32,000 bases of DNA, from positions 1 through 32,000 of the forward strand of contig NZ_SODD01000025.1 of the NCBI RefSeq assembly GCF_004365815.1, read 5' to 3'. Below are positions 1 to 7,920 of the stretch, piece by piece. Source of the DNA: Breznakia blatticola (GTDB lineage: Bacteria; Bacillota_I; Bacilli_A; Erysipelotrichales; Erysipelotrichaceae). The translations under genes and the position numbers were made by a program. A model generated the notes under the pieces. The model made no database searches. It worked only from the letters and a program-made list of their open reading frames with translations, and had not been told where the DNA came from. Position 1 is the stretch's first letter. Each line of letters opens with the position of its first letter.

Positions 1-186
1 CCATCACAAGAAATGCTTTAAAGACACATAAATTATTCAGTACTTATCAGTGATTTATCGAGACTTGGTATGCACTGGTTGAATTAAGCCTTTATAATTT
101 TGTTATCGTATTTCGAAATAAATAAACTCAAAATAAGTAACAATCGTGCATTTCTTGAAACGTATGGGTGCCTACTTTTTACACCT

Positions 187-2433
187 TTACTTAGTTTTTA
201 CTTGTCGTCTGCGTGATAGTAACATAGCCACAGCAACTAAACTCAATCCACCAATTAGAAGTAGTGTTGATGCTTTTGTTCTATCTCCGGCAGCTACACT
301 AGGTAATACAGTTGTACTTGTTGTATCTTTTGATGGTAATTGAATAATTGGATCTTTTGGTTCTTCTGGATCTTTTGGATCTTTTGGATCTACTGGAATT
401 TCTGGTTCCGTTACTTTTGGCTTCACTGGAAGTTTTGGTGTACCAATCGTATAAATACGGTCATCTCCTGCAGGATCTTTGTAGTATAATTTTGCTCCTG
501 TATCGCCATCATCCACACCACGATCTGGTGTATATAAATCTGGTTCAGGATTATCTGCATTGGTTGGATAGTACGTTACCTTTTCTACATCGCGGTATTC
601 TTCACGTAACACTAAAGGTACAGTAATCGTTGGTTGTTCAGCTTCTGTATATTCAAAGATATTTCCAATCGTCCAAACGATTGTTTGTCCAGTTTCTTTA
701 GTTCCTTCGATTTCAACATTTGGAATATTGACACCTTCTGGAATATAGTAATACTTACTAATCGTATCGCGTAAAACTGCTTGTCTACCTCCAGCAGTTA
801 AAAATCCTTCAAATACTTTATCTGCTAATACACCAGATGTCGAATCTTGTGCATTTGCATCTAGCTGGATGTGGTCCAATACTGGATCTGTTGCAATCTC
901 TCTTAATTGATCATTATACAATTCATTTTCCATCATATAACCAACTGTAAGAATTCTTGAATTAGTACCATATACACCAACATAAACAGAGTTTCCATTT
1001 TCATCTAATTCACTTACAAGATGTTCATCTAGTACATCATGACGTGGGCGTGCTGTTGTTTTTGAGTTCCAAAAGTTTGCGAATAATGGATCACCTTCAT
1101 ATTTAATAACTTCATCAGTTGAACCCTTAATCGCATTTGCAAGTGGTCGAATTGTATCCATACGATTTGCAAACGCTGTTAAACCAGCTAAAGTTTGATT
1201 ACCTGATGGATCTGGTTTTCCATCGGATAATAAAATTACAGTAACATCTTTTTCTTCTTTTGCTTTATCGGTACGCGATTGAATCATGTTATAGGCTTCA
1301 CTTAATCCATAAACATAATCGGTATTTGCCGTTGTAAATAGTTTATCAACCGCATTACTTACCGTCGTAGCATCATCTGTCCAATTGACTTTCGAATCAT
1401 ATGGTAAAATATTTCCACTTGCATCAATATCTAATCCATAATCATATGTACCTGATTGTTGACTATTTACAAGGTACTCTTTTTGTAAGGTCTTAGCCTT
1501 GTTTAAGAAGTTATATAAAGTTGCATCTCTTCCTGAAAATGGTACAACAGAAATCTTGTTATCTAATCCATATGTTTCATTTTGTTTAAGTAATTCAGCA
1601 GCAAATTTCTTTACCGCTGCTTTTGCTTCTAACCAGCGGTCATAGCAACCTTTTGCTTCATCTGCATGGTCCCATAACCCCTCACTTGCACCACTACGTG
1701 TATCTGTTGTATCCCATGTACTAATTCGTTCATAAGAATCACCAACTTTTTTGAAGTGATATGCTGCATCATTGTATGTTCCATCAACTGCAGCAATAAC
1801 TTTTCCACCAGATAAACGTTCTGGTTGGTTGTGCGCAAATAAATGATAGTGATTGACTGGTTTTGTCATATCTAATACAACCCATTTCGCTTCTACTGAA
1901 GCGTAATCTTCCGTATCCGTAGTAGAATTCGCTTTAAGTCGTGCTTTAATTGTAACTTCTTGATTGTTGTATACAATCATTTCTGTGTTATCCGCATTTG
2001 GATAAATTTTTGTTGTATCTGGATCTGTTGGAATTTCATTAGGCTCAGCATCTCTTTTCTTTTGGAAGTAGAAATGATCTGGATTTAGACATGGTGATGA
2101 TGCAACATGTGAACCAACATAACGTTGTGTCTTGTTTCCACTAGCATCAAGCTCAACCATATTTCCTTCTTGAATGTATTCCATATCCATACTACCTGAA
2201 CGGTCGAGTACGAATACAACATCTTGTGATTTAGCAAATTGTGAACCATTTACTTTTAATGTTAAATCCGCTTCGTAATTTGCTTCATTTGACCACTCTG
2301 CACTTTTTTCTGTGATCATTGCTGTATGCTTATTTGCATTTGCTTGTACACTGTTACTAGCAAACACAAAGACAGTGCACAATAAAACTGCTACTATTGC
2401 GCACTGCAAAAAAATCTTTTTCGTTTTGAACAT
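187..2433 (-). CDS. Secreted/cell-surface von Willebrand factor A (vWA) domain adhesin-like protein with a C-terminal anchor
   Basis: 748-aa ORF. SD AAGGAGG lies 7 nt upstream of the ATG. N-terminal signal peptide (KKIFLQCAIVAVLLCTVFVFA). MIDAS-type motif VVFVLDRSGSMD, followed later by the vWA core (ISVVPFSGRD ... VILLSDGKPD). Pro/Asp/Lys-rich stalk (PVDPKDPKDPEEPKDP). C-terminus has AAGDRT, a hydrophobic helix and an RRRQVKTK tail. Confidence 0.75.
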   Translation of the reverse strand: MFKTKKIFLQCAIVAVLLCTVFVFASNSVQANANKHTAMITEKSAEWSNEANYEADLTLKVNGSQFAKSQDVVFVLDRSGSMDMEYIQEGNMVELDASGNKTQRYVGSHVASSPCLNPDHFYFQKKRDAEPNEIPTDPDTTKIYPNADNTEMIVYNNQEVTIKARLKANSTTDTEDYASVEAKWVVLDMTKPVNHYHLFAHNQPERLSGGKVIAAVDGTYNDAAYHFKKVGDSYERISTWDTTDTRSGASEGLWDHADEAKGCYDRWLEAKAAVKKFAAELLKQNETYGLDNKISVVPFSGRDATLYNFLNKAKTLQKEYLVNSQQSGTYDYGLDIDASGNILPYDSKVNWTDDATTVSNAVDKLFTTANTDYVYGLSEAYNMIQSRTDKAKEEKDVTVILLSDGKPDPSGNQTLAGLTAFANRMDTIRPLANAIKGSTDEVIKYEGDPLFANFWNSKTTARPRHDVLDEHLVSELDENGNSVYVGVYGTNSRILTVGYMMENELYNDQLREIATDPVLDHIQLDANAQDSTSGVLADKVFEGFLTAGGRQAVLRDTISKYYYIPEGVNIPNVEIEGTKETGQTIVWTIGNIFEYTEAEQPTITVPLVLREEYRDVEKVTYYPTNADNPEPDLYTPDRGVDDGDTGAKLYYKDPAGDDRIYTIGTPKLPVKPKVTEPEIPVDPKDPKDPEEPKDPIIQLPSKDTTSTTVLPSVAAGDRTKASTLLLIGGLSLVAVAMLLSRRRQVKTK

Positions 2434-2485
2434 AAGAGTTCCTCCTTATTAACACACTACACATTTCTTTTTTTGCACTGTTTAT

Positions 2486-2494
2486 ATTATAGCA
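2486..2494 (-). promoter_or_regulatory. Candidate extended -10 promoter (TGcTATAAT) for the vWA gene
   Basis: The minus strand reads TGCTATAAT about 50 nt upstream of the SD/ATG at 2433. No good -35 was seen. Confidence 0.35.
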
Positions 2495-2529
2495 ATAATC
2501 TGGCTATAAATAATAGTAGAAGATTTATT

Positions 2530-2560
2530 TTTTTATACATTGTAAACGAATGTATAAAAA
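2530..2560. repeat. Perfect 12-bp inverted repeat (TTTTTATACATT-N7-AATGTATAAAAA), function unknown
   Basis: Read directly from the sequence. It lies between the ClbS-like stop (2616) and the vWA promoter region. No flanking T-run fits a clean intrinsic terminator on the minus strand. Confidence 0.5.
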
Positions 2561-2615
2561 TTAGAAGTTCTTATGCTCTCGATTTTAATATAGAATGGTG
2601 ATACATATTGCGTAT

Positions 2616-3146
2616 TTATAACGATTTTTTGTACTTGCGTAACTTCTTTAATGCCCAATCGTAATGACTTGATGTAACAGAAACAAAATAACTGCCAAGT
2701 ACGCTACCTCCTACCCAACTATACGTATTTTTTGTAAACAGTTCATCATTTGATAATGAATCAGCAAGTTGCATTACTTGCTGATGACTTTCTTGAAACA
2801 ACTGCAACGCTTCTTCATACGTTGTTTCTTGGTGGATTTCCCAAAAGTAAATATTCATATTCCCATAGGTTTTCCAATTGTATCCTTCTTTTAAGAACTG
2901 TGTTTGCACTCCATGTAAATTTGTATCTACCCAACGTAATAGTAATTGATGCCATTCGTATAGATGAATTAGCACATCGCGGATATTTTTATCTCGTTTC
3001 CAGTGTGCTTGCTTTTCTTTCTCTACATCAAAAGCAAACGATTCATATAATGCCTCATCTGTAAATGAATCCAATAGTGTTATTAGTTTTTCATACATTT
3101 CATTTCCTGTAAGTAATAAATCTTTTTTCGTTGCTGGTCTTGCCAT
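2616..3146 (-). CDS. ClbS/DfsB (DUF1706) family four-helix-bundle protein
   Basis: 176 aa with SD AAGGAGG 8 nt upstream. The N-terminus MARPATKKDLL, the length, and Trp/His-rich helices (HWKRDKNIRDVLIHLYEWHQLLLRW) are typical of the ClbS/DfsB family. Confidence 0.75.
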   Translation of the reverse strand: MARPATKKDLLLTGNEMYEKLITLLDSFTDEALYESFAFDVEKEKQAHWKRDKNIRDVLIHLYEWHQLLLRWVDTNLHGVQTQFLKEGYNWKTYGNMNIYFWEIHQETTYEEALQLFQESHQQVMQLADSLSNDELFTKNTYSWVGGSVLGSYFVSVTSSHYDWALKKLRKYKKSL

Positions 3147-3179
3147 GAATATATCCTCCTTATATTACTTTATATACAT

Positions 3180-3210
3180 ACTATGAACCCATACGTAACG
3201 TACGAGTCAA
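3180..3210 (-). promoter_or_regulatory. MerR-type promoter candidate for the ClbS-like gene: TTGACT - 19 nt - CATAGT, with palindrome TACGT-A-ACGTA in the spacer
   Basis: The minus strand reads TTGACTcgtacgttacgtatgggttCATAGT. The spacer is 19 nt, the over-long spacing characteristic of MerR-activated promoters. An 11-nt palindrome sits inside the spacer. The merR-family gene is divergent and adjacent. Confidence 0.5.
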
Positions 3211-3289
3211 TATCTTTTTTAAAAAATATCGTTTTTCTTTAGATTGCTATATACTAAATGTAAGAAAACATAAAATGGAGGATATCATT

Positions 3290-4114
3290 ATGTTTAAAAT
3301 TGGTGATTTTTCTAAGTTATCCAACCTGACAATTCGTGCTTTACACCATTATGAAGAACTGGGTATTCTAATACCTGATAAAATTGATACAATGAGTAAT
3401 TATCGTTACTACTCATCTAGTCAACTAGCAACTGCAAATCAAATCAAGATGTTGCAGCGAATTGGGTTATCTTTAAAATCTATAAAAGAGATTATCGATG
3501 GTGATAATCCTGAAATACTAGAGAGTGGTTTGTTAGCAAGAGAGATGGAAATTCAAAATGAAATTGCAGAACTTAAAATCAAACAGAATCTCATTGACAT
3601 GTATAAAAAGACAATTCATGAAGGACGCTCTATTGCATCGTATCATGTGGAAATAAAAACAGTTCCAAAGCGTAATGTTATGTCGATAAGAAAATGTATT
3701 CCTTCCTATCAAGATGAAGCAGTTCTTTGGAATGCATTATATGAAAAATCGATCCAACAAAATGTGAAAATGGCAACTCCCTACCAAGGTATGAGTATTT
3801 ATCATGACAAAGAATACAAAGAAGAAAATGTTGATATTGAAGTTCAAAGCAATGTGGTTGGTATCTATGAAAACATAGATGATGTAACATTCTATGAAAC
3901 AAAGCCATTTGTGATGGCTTCCATTATCTTTCATGGTAGTTTTCAACAAATGGAAGAAGTCACGCAAGCACTTGCATCATGGATTGAAGCAAATCATTAT
4001 GTAATTGATGGACCAATGATTCAGATTCCTCACGTATCTCCAGCACAGGATGATAATCCAGAAAACTGGATAACCGAAGCAGGCTATGCAGTACGTTTAC
4101 TAAATATAGAATAA
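3290..4114 (+). CDS. MerR family transcriptional regulator with C-terminal GyrI-like (BmrR/AraC-E type) effector-binding domain
   Basis: N-terminal MerR HTH (MFKIGDFSKLSNLTIRALHHYEELGIL), a coiled-coil linker and a GyrI-like C-terminal half of about 150 aa. I place the start at ATG 3290 because GGAGGA lies 7 nt upstream. The ORF-track start at 3275 overlaps that SD. Confidence 0.85.
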   Translation: MFKIGDFSKLSNLTIRALHHYEELGILIPDKIDTMSNYRYYSSSQLATANQIKMLQRIGLSLKSIKEIIDGDNPEILESGLLAREMEIQNEIAELKIKQNLIDMYKKTIHEGRSIASYHVEIKTVPKRNVMSIRKCIPSYQDEAVLWNALYEKSIQQNVKMATPYQGMSIYHDKEYKEENVDIEVQSNVVGIYENIDDVTFYETKPFVMASIIFHGSFQQMEEVTQALASWIEANHYVIDGPMIQIPHVSPAQDDNPENWITEAGYAVRLLNIE

Positions 4115-4124
4115 TTGTTAGATG

Positions 4125-4148
4125 GACACTCTATGTAGTGTCTTTTTT
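4125..4148 (+). terminator. Rho-independent terminator after the merR-like gene
   Basis: GACACT-ctatgt-AGTGTC followed by TTTTTT. Confidence 0.6.
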
Positions 4149-4152
4149 CAAA

Positions 4153-4186
4153 GAAAAAACGCCTACTTGTATGTAGACGTCTTTTT
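4153..4186 (-). terminator. Rho-independent terminator after the pfl operon
   Basis: The minus strand reads ACGTCTAC-atacaa-GTAGGCGT (8 bp including one G-U) followed by TTTTTT. It lies 15 nt after the grcA-like stop. Confidence 0.55.
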
Positions 4187-4201
4187 AATAAATCTTTTGA
4201 A

Positions 4202-4435
4202 TTACATCCCTTCGTGCATTGTACGGTGGATAACATCATCTTGTTGTTCTTTTGACAACTTGTTGAAGTTTACCGCATATCCAGATACACGAATTGTAAG
4301 TTGTGGATATTTTTCTGGGTGTGCTTGTGCATCTAATAATGTTTCACGATCAAATACGTTTACATTTAAATGGTGTCCACCACTTTGTGCATATCCATCA
4401 ATCATTGTTACTAAGTTTTCTGCTTTATTGTTCAT
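4202..4435 (-). CDS. grcA: Stand-alone glycyl-radical domain (GrcA/YfiD-like), equivalent to the C-terminal approx 75 aa of pyruvate formate-lyase
   Basis: [54 protein letters not shown] matches the PflB/GrcA glycyl-radical signature (RVSGYAV). Start taken at ATG 4435 (MNNKAENL), with AGGAAG 8 nt upstream. The ORF-track GTG at 4444 overlaps that SD. Confidence 0.85.
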   Translation of the reverse strand: MNNKAENLVTMIDGYAQSGGHHLNVNVFDRETLLDAQAHPEKYPQLTIRVSGYAVNFNKLSKEQQDDVIHRTMHEGM

Positions 4436-4458
4436 TTTCGCCACTTCCTATCTATTTT

Positions 4459-6465
4459 TTAGTCTTCGTCTTTTCCTAGCGCGTCAGGTACAATTGAGAA
4501 CGTGTTAGAAATTCCATCACGTGAATATTCATATGGTAATTTTGCAACTGATTCAAGTGAAGCTACCGCACCATGTGTATCACGTCCGTGCATTGGGTTA
4601 GCCCCTGGTGCAAAAGGTTCTCCAGCTTTACGTCCATCAGGCGTATTTCCTGTTTTCTTACCATAAACAACGTTTGAAGTAATCGTTAAGATACTCATTG
4701 AAGGTACACCATGACGGTATGTACGGTGTTCTTTAATCATATTCATAAACGTTTTTACTAAGTCAGCTGCAATGCGGTCAACACGGTCATCGTTGTTTCC
4801 ATATTTAGGGAAATCACCTTCGATTTCGTAGTCTACTGCAATACCATCTTCATCACGAATTGGTTTAACTTTTGCATATTTAATTGCTGATAATGAGTCA
4901 GCAACAACTGATAATCCTGCAATACCTGTCGCAAAGAAACGACGAACATCATGATCATGTAATGACATTTCTAATGCTTCGTATGAGTATTTATCGTGCA
5001 TGTAGTGAATTACGTTTAATGTATTTACGTAAAGTCCAGCTAACCATGACATCATTTGTTGGTATTTTTGCATAACTTCTTCATAGTCTAAGTATTCTGA
5101 AGTAATTGGTTCCATTCTTGGTGAAACTTGGATTTTTTTCTTTTCATCAACCCCACCGTTAATTGCGTAAAGTAGACATTTTGCAAGGTTTGCTCTTGCT
5201 CCAAAGAATTGCATATCTTTACCAACACGCATACAAGATACACAACATGCAATTGCATAGTCATCACCCATTTCAATGCGCATCAAGTCATCATTTTCAT
5301 ATTGAATTGAACTTGTTTCAATTGAGATTTTCGCACAGAAACGTTTGAAGTTGTGTGGTAATCTTGTTGACCAAAGAACGGTTAAGTTTGGTTCTGGTGC
5401 TGGTCCTAAGTTTACAAGTGTATGTAAGAATCTAAATGAGTTCTTTGTTACTAAAGAACGACCATCAAGAGACATCCCACCAATACTTTCTGTTACCCAA
5501 GTTGGGTCTCCAGAGAATAATTCATTGTATTCAGGAGTACGCATGAATTTAACTAAACGTAACTTCATAATGAAGTGGTCAATCATTTCTTGCGCTTCTT
5601 CTTCTGTAATTTTTCCAACTTCTAGATCTCTTTGAATGTAGATATCTAAGAATGTAGAAGTACGTCCTAATGACATTGCAGCACCATTTTGGTCTTTAAC
5701 AGCTGCTAAGTATCCAAAGTAAACTGCTTGAATCGCTTCTTGTGCAGTTACTGATGGTTGTGAAATATCGATTCCGTAAATTAATGCCATTTCTTTAAGT
5801 GCGATCAATGCACGAATTTGTTCACTTACTTCTTCACGATCACGAATTCTTTCTTCAGTCATTGAACCAAGAAGAACTGTGTTTAATAAGTTTTGTTTGT
5901 CTTCAATTAAGAAGTCTACACCGTATAGGGCAATACGACGGTAGTCACCAATGATACGACCACGTCCATATGCATCAGGAAGACCTGTGATGATTCCACA
6001 AGTACGTGCACGACGCATTTCTGGAGTATATGCATCAAAAACACCTTGGTTGTGTGTTTTACGGTATTTTGAAAATACTTCTTTAATTTCTGGATCTAAT
6101 TCATATCCATATGCTTGTAAAGCTGTTTCACTCATACGAATACCACCAAATGGTTGTAATGAACGTTTGAATGGTTTATCTGTTTGGAACCCAACGATTT
6201 TTTCTAAATCTTTGTTTAGGTATCCAGCACCATGACTTGTTAATGAAGATACGATTTTTGTATCTGCATCTAACACACCACCAGCAGCAGCTTCTTGTTT
6301 ATTTAATTCTGTAACTTGATCCCATAATGCTTTTGTTCCATCTGTAGGATCTGCTAAGAAACTTTCGTCTCCTTCGTATTCTGTATAGTTACGTTGAATG
6401 AAATCACGAACGTTAATTTCGTCTGTCCAGTTTCCTAAATTAAAACCTTCCCAACCTTTGTACAT
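4459..6465 (-). CDS. pflB: Formate C-acetyltransferase (pyruvate formate-lyase) catalytic body, ending just before the glycyl-radical domain
   Basis: 668 aa, colinear with E. coli PflB from the N-terminus ([23 protein letters not shown]) through the active-site IACCVS to ..[13 protein letters not shown]-stop. SD GGTGAGG lies upstream. Confidence 0.9.
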   Translation of the reverse strand: MYKGWEGFNLGNWTDEINVRDFIQRNYTEYEGDESFLADPTDGTKALWDQVTELNKQEAAAGGVLDADTKIVSSLTSHGAGYLNKDLEKIVGFQTDKPFKRSLQPFGGIRMSETALQAYGYELDPEIKEVFSKYRKTHNQGVFDAYTPEMRRARTCGIITGLPDAYGRGRIIGDYRRIALYGVDFLIEDKQNLLNTVLLGSMTEERIRDREEVSEQIRALIALKEMALIYGIDISQPSVTAQEAIQAVYFGYLAAVKDQNGAAMSLGRTSTFLDIYIQRDLEVGKITEEEAQEMIDHFIMKLRLVKFMRTPEYNELFSGDPTWVTESIGGMSLDGRSLVTKNSFRFLHTLVNLGPAPEPNLTVLWSTRLPHNFKRFCAKISIETSSIQYENDDLMRIEMGDDYAIACCVSCMRVGKDMQFFGARANLAKCLLYAINGGVDEKKKIQVSPRMEPITSEYLDYEEVMQKYQQMMSWLAGLYVNTLNVIHYMHDKYSYEALEMSLHDHDVRRFFATGIAGLSVVADSLSAIKYAKVKPIRDEDGIAVDYEIEGDFPKYGNNDDRVDRIAADLVKTFMNMIKEHRTYRHGVPSMSILTITSNVVYGKKTGNTPDGRKAGEPFAPGANPMHGRDTHGAVASLESVAKLPYEYSRDGISNTFSIVPDALGKDED

Positions 6466-6517
6466 TTGTTTACCTCACCTTCTTAAGGGACAATTCCCTT
6501 ATCATTTCGATGTTTGC

Positions 6518-6546
6518 AGTATAGCATAATCGTATATACTTGTCAC
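6518..6546 (-). promoter_or_regulatory. Candidate sigma-A promoter for pflB (GTGACA - 17 nt - TGcTATACT)
   Basis: The minus strand reads GTGACAagtatatacgattaTGcTATACT, about 50 nt upstream of the pflB ATG. A 7-bp hairpin (6484-6501, TAAGGGA-caat-TCCCTTA) lies between it and the SD. Confidence 0.45.
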
Positions 6547-6644
6547 ACTTTATATAACATCCTATATATTAACATTCCACCAAATATAATATTTTAAACC
6601 ATATATAAAACTTTGTAATTTATATACCCTAATATAAGTATTAT

Positions 6645-6977
6645 TTAGTGCATGGCTTTTGCTTTATATTCTTCCATTTTTGATTCAATATAAATCTCTA
6701 AGATTTCCTCAGGTTGGTACCCTTGTACTTTACTAATTAATTCATCTCTAAATAAAAATAGAATCGTTGGTACTTGTTGTACCTTATAGTATGTATTTAT
6801 ATCTTTGTTTTGTTCGCTTGCATCTACAATATATACTTGTAGATTCTCAAACTTCTTACCGACATTTTGAATAATGGGTGACATTGTTGTACAGTTTGCA
6901 CAACCACCTCCACCAATTAACACCAAAGAAAATTCATTCTTTGCAAATTCATTTCTAAAATTCTCATTTGTTAGCAT
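6645..6977 (-). CDS. Thioredoxin-fold protein with atypical CANC active-site motif
   Basis: 110 aa. GGGGCANCTTMSP sits at the expected CxxC position and a cis-Pro-like QVPT lies downstream. The ATG overlaps the pflA 3' end by 14 nt, and AGGAGT lies 8 nt upstream, suggesting translational coupling. Confidence 0.7.
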   Translation of the reverse strand: MLTNENFRNEFAKNEFSLVLIGGGGCANCTTMSPIIQNVGKKFENLQVYIVDASEQNKDINTYYKVQQVPTILFLFRDELISKVQGYQPEEILEIYIESKMEEYKAKAMH

Positions 6978-7719
6978 GTGATTTTACTCCTAAGATTTCT
7001 TTTGTTCTATCAATAACTTCTTTACTTGGTTTTTGTACACCTTCAAGAGGATATGGAATATTTAAGTTCTGATATTTTGCAATTCCCATTGTGTGGTATG
7101 GTAATACTTCAATTTTTTCAATATTACGATACCTACTTAAATATGTATGGAGTGCTTCTATATCGTGTTCATCATCACTGTATCCTGGAACGAGTACATA
7201 ACGAATCCATACAGACTTGTTATGATCTGCAAGATATTGCATGAAATCTTGAGGATTTTTATTTTCTTTTCCAGTTAATGCTTTATGTTTCACTGGATCA
7301 ATGTGTTTAACATCAAGTAAAAATAAATCCGTTACTTCCAACAATGCATCAAATTTAGCAAGTGTAGCAGCACTGTTTTTTACAAATGTAATTCCACTCG
7401 TATCAACGGCTGTATGTAATCCTTGAGCTTTTAAACGTTTCAACAATTCAGTTACAAACTCGATTTGCACTAGTGGTTCTCCACCACTGATAGTAACTCC
7501 ACCCTTCTTGATGTAGTTTTTATATTTCATGATTTGATTGAATACATCATCTACGCTGTATACATCACCACCACTGCCTATTTTCCATGTATCTGGATTA
7601 TGACAATACAAGCAACGCATTGGACAACCTTGCATAAATACAACAAAGCGAATGCCTGGTCCATCTACAGTTCCAAAGCTTTCAAATGAATGAATTCTCC
7701 CTAATAATTGCTCACTCAA
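6964..7719 (-). CDS. pflA: Pyruvate formate-lyase activating enzyme (radical SAM)
   Basis: 251 aa. Carries the N-terminal GRIHS.ES.GTVDGPGIRFVVFMQGCPMRCLYCHNPDTW (CxxxCxxC) motif typical of PflA. TTG start with AGAGGTGA upstream. Confidence 0.9.
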   Translation of the reverse strand: MSEQLLGRIHSFESFGTVDGPGIRFVVFMQGCPMRCLYCHNPDTWKIGSGGDVYSVDDVFNQIMKYKNYIKKGGVTISGGEPLVQIEFVTELLKRLKAQGLHTAVDTSGITFVKNSAATLAKFDALLEVTDLFLLDVKHIDPVKHKALTGKENKNPQDFMQYLADHNKSVWIRYVLVPGYSDDEHDIEALHTYLSRYRNIEKIEVLPYHTMGIAKYQNLNIPYPLEGVQKPSKEVIDRTKEILGVKSHANK

Positions 7720-7742
7720 CTACATCACCTCTTTACACATGC

Positions 7743-7751
7743 ATTATAGCA
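7743..7751 (-). promoter_or_regulatory. Candidate extended -10 promoter (TGcTATAAT) for pflA
   Basis: The minus strand reads TGCTATAAT about 25 nt upstream of the pflA start. No convincing -35. Confidence 0.35.
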
Positions 7752-7885
7752 CAATAAAAAATTAGCTTAATCAATTTGCCCCTATATACTATAACGAAAT
7801 TTTCTTCTCCTTATGCGGAAATCTATATAGTGTTATTGTACTTGAAATTTACAATAAAGAAAGTGCTATTTTCACAATTAGAGGT

Positions 7886-7914
7886 TTGCCTTTTTTGGTA
7901 TTGCAATTTATACT
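7886..7914 (+). promoter_or_regulatory. Candidate promoter for pyrR (TTGCCT - 17 nt - TATACT) ending 6 nt before the ATG, possibly a leaderless mRNA
   Basis: TTGCCTtttttggtattgcaattTATACTtgatatATG. No SD is visible upstream of pyrR. Confidence 0.35.
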
Positions 7915-7920
7915 TGATAT

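Noticed and set aside
146-626. Plus-strand ORFs of 65 and 92 aa at the left edge
   Set aside because: They overlap the 3' end of the vWA gene on the opposite strand. The second mirrors the Pro/Asp/Lys-rich stalk repeat (LLDLLDLLDLL). No independent support.
187-2433. A sortase-dependent pilus locus, suggested by the vWA adhesin
   Set aside because: No pilin subunits or sortase genes are adjacent within the window. The neighbours are a ClbS-like gene and non-coding DNA.
4430-4470. The pflB/grcA junction as a simple frameshift pseudogene or programmed frameshift site
   Set aside because: Not adopted as the primary reading. The junction has a clean stop, a 23-nt spacer with an SD correctly spaced from an ATG, and an in-frame TAG just upstream in the second frame. 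There is no slippery heptamer. A sequencing or assembly error cannot be excluded without reads, so it is kept as the refutation test for the finding.
4122-4508. 128-aa plus-strand ORF spanning the terminators and the grcA-like gene
   Set aside because: It runs through two intrinsic terminators and is antisense to the conserved glycyl-radical domain. No SD and no family resemblance.
7720-7920. PyrR-binding attenuator upstream of pyrR
   Set aside because: I looked for the conserved UCCAGAGAGG-type loop and a terminator/antiterminator pair and found neither by eye. Only AGAGG within ..ACAATTAGAGGTTTGCC.. is present, which is insufficient.
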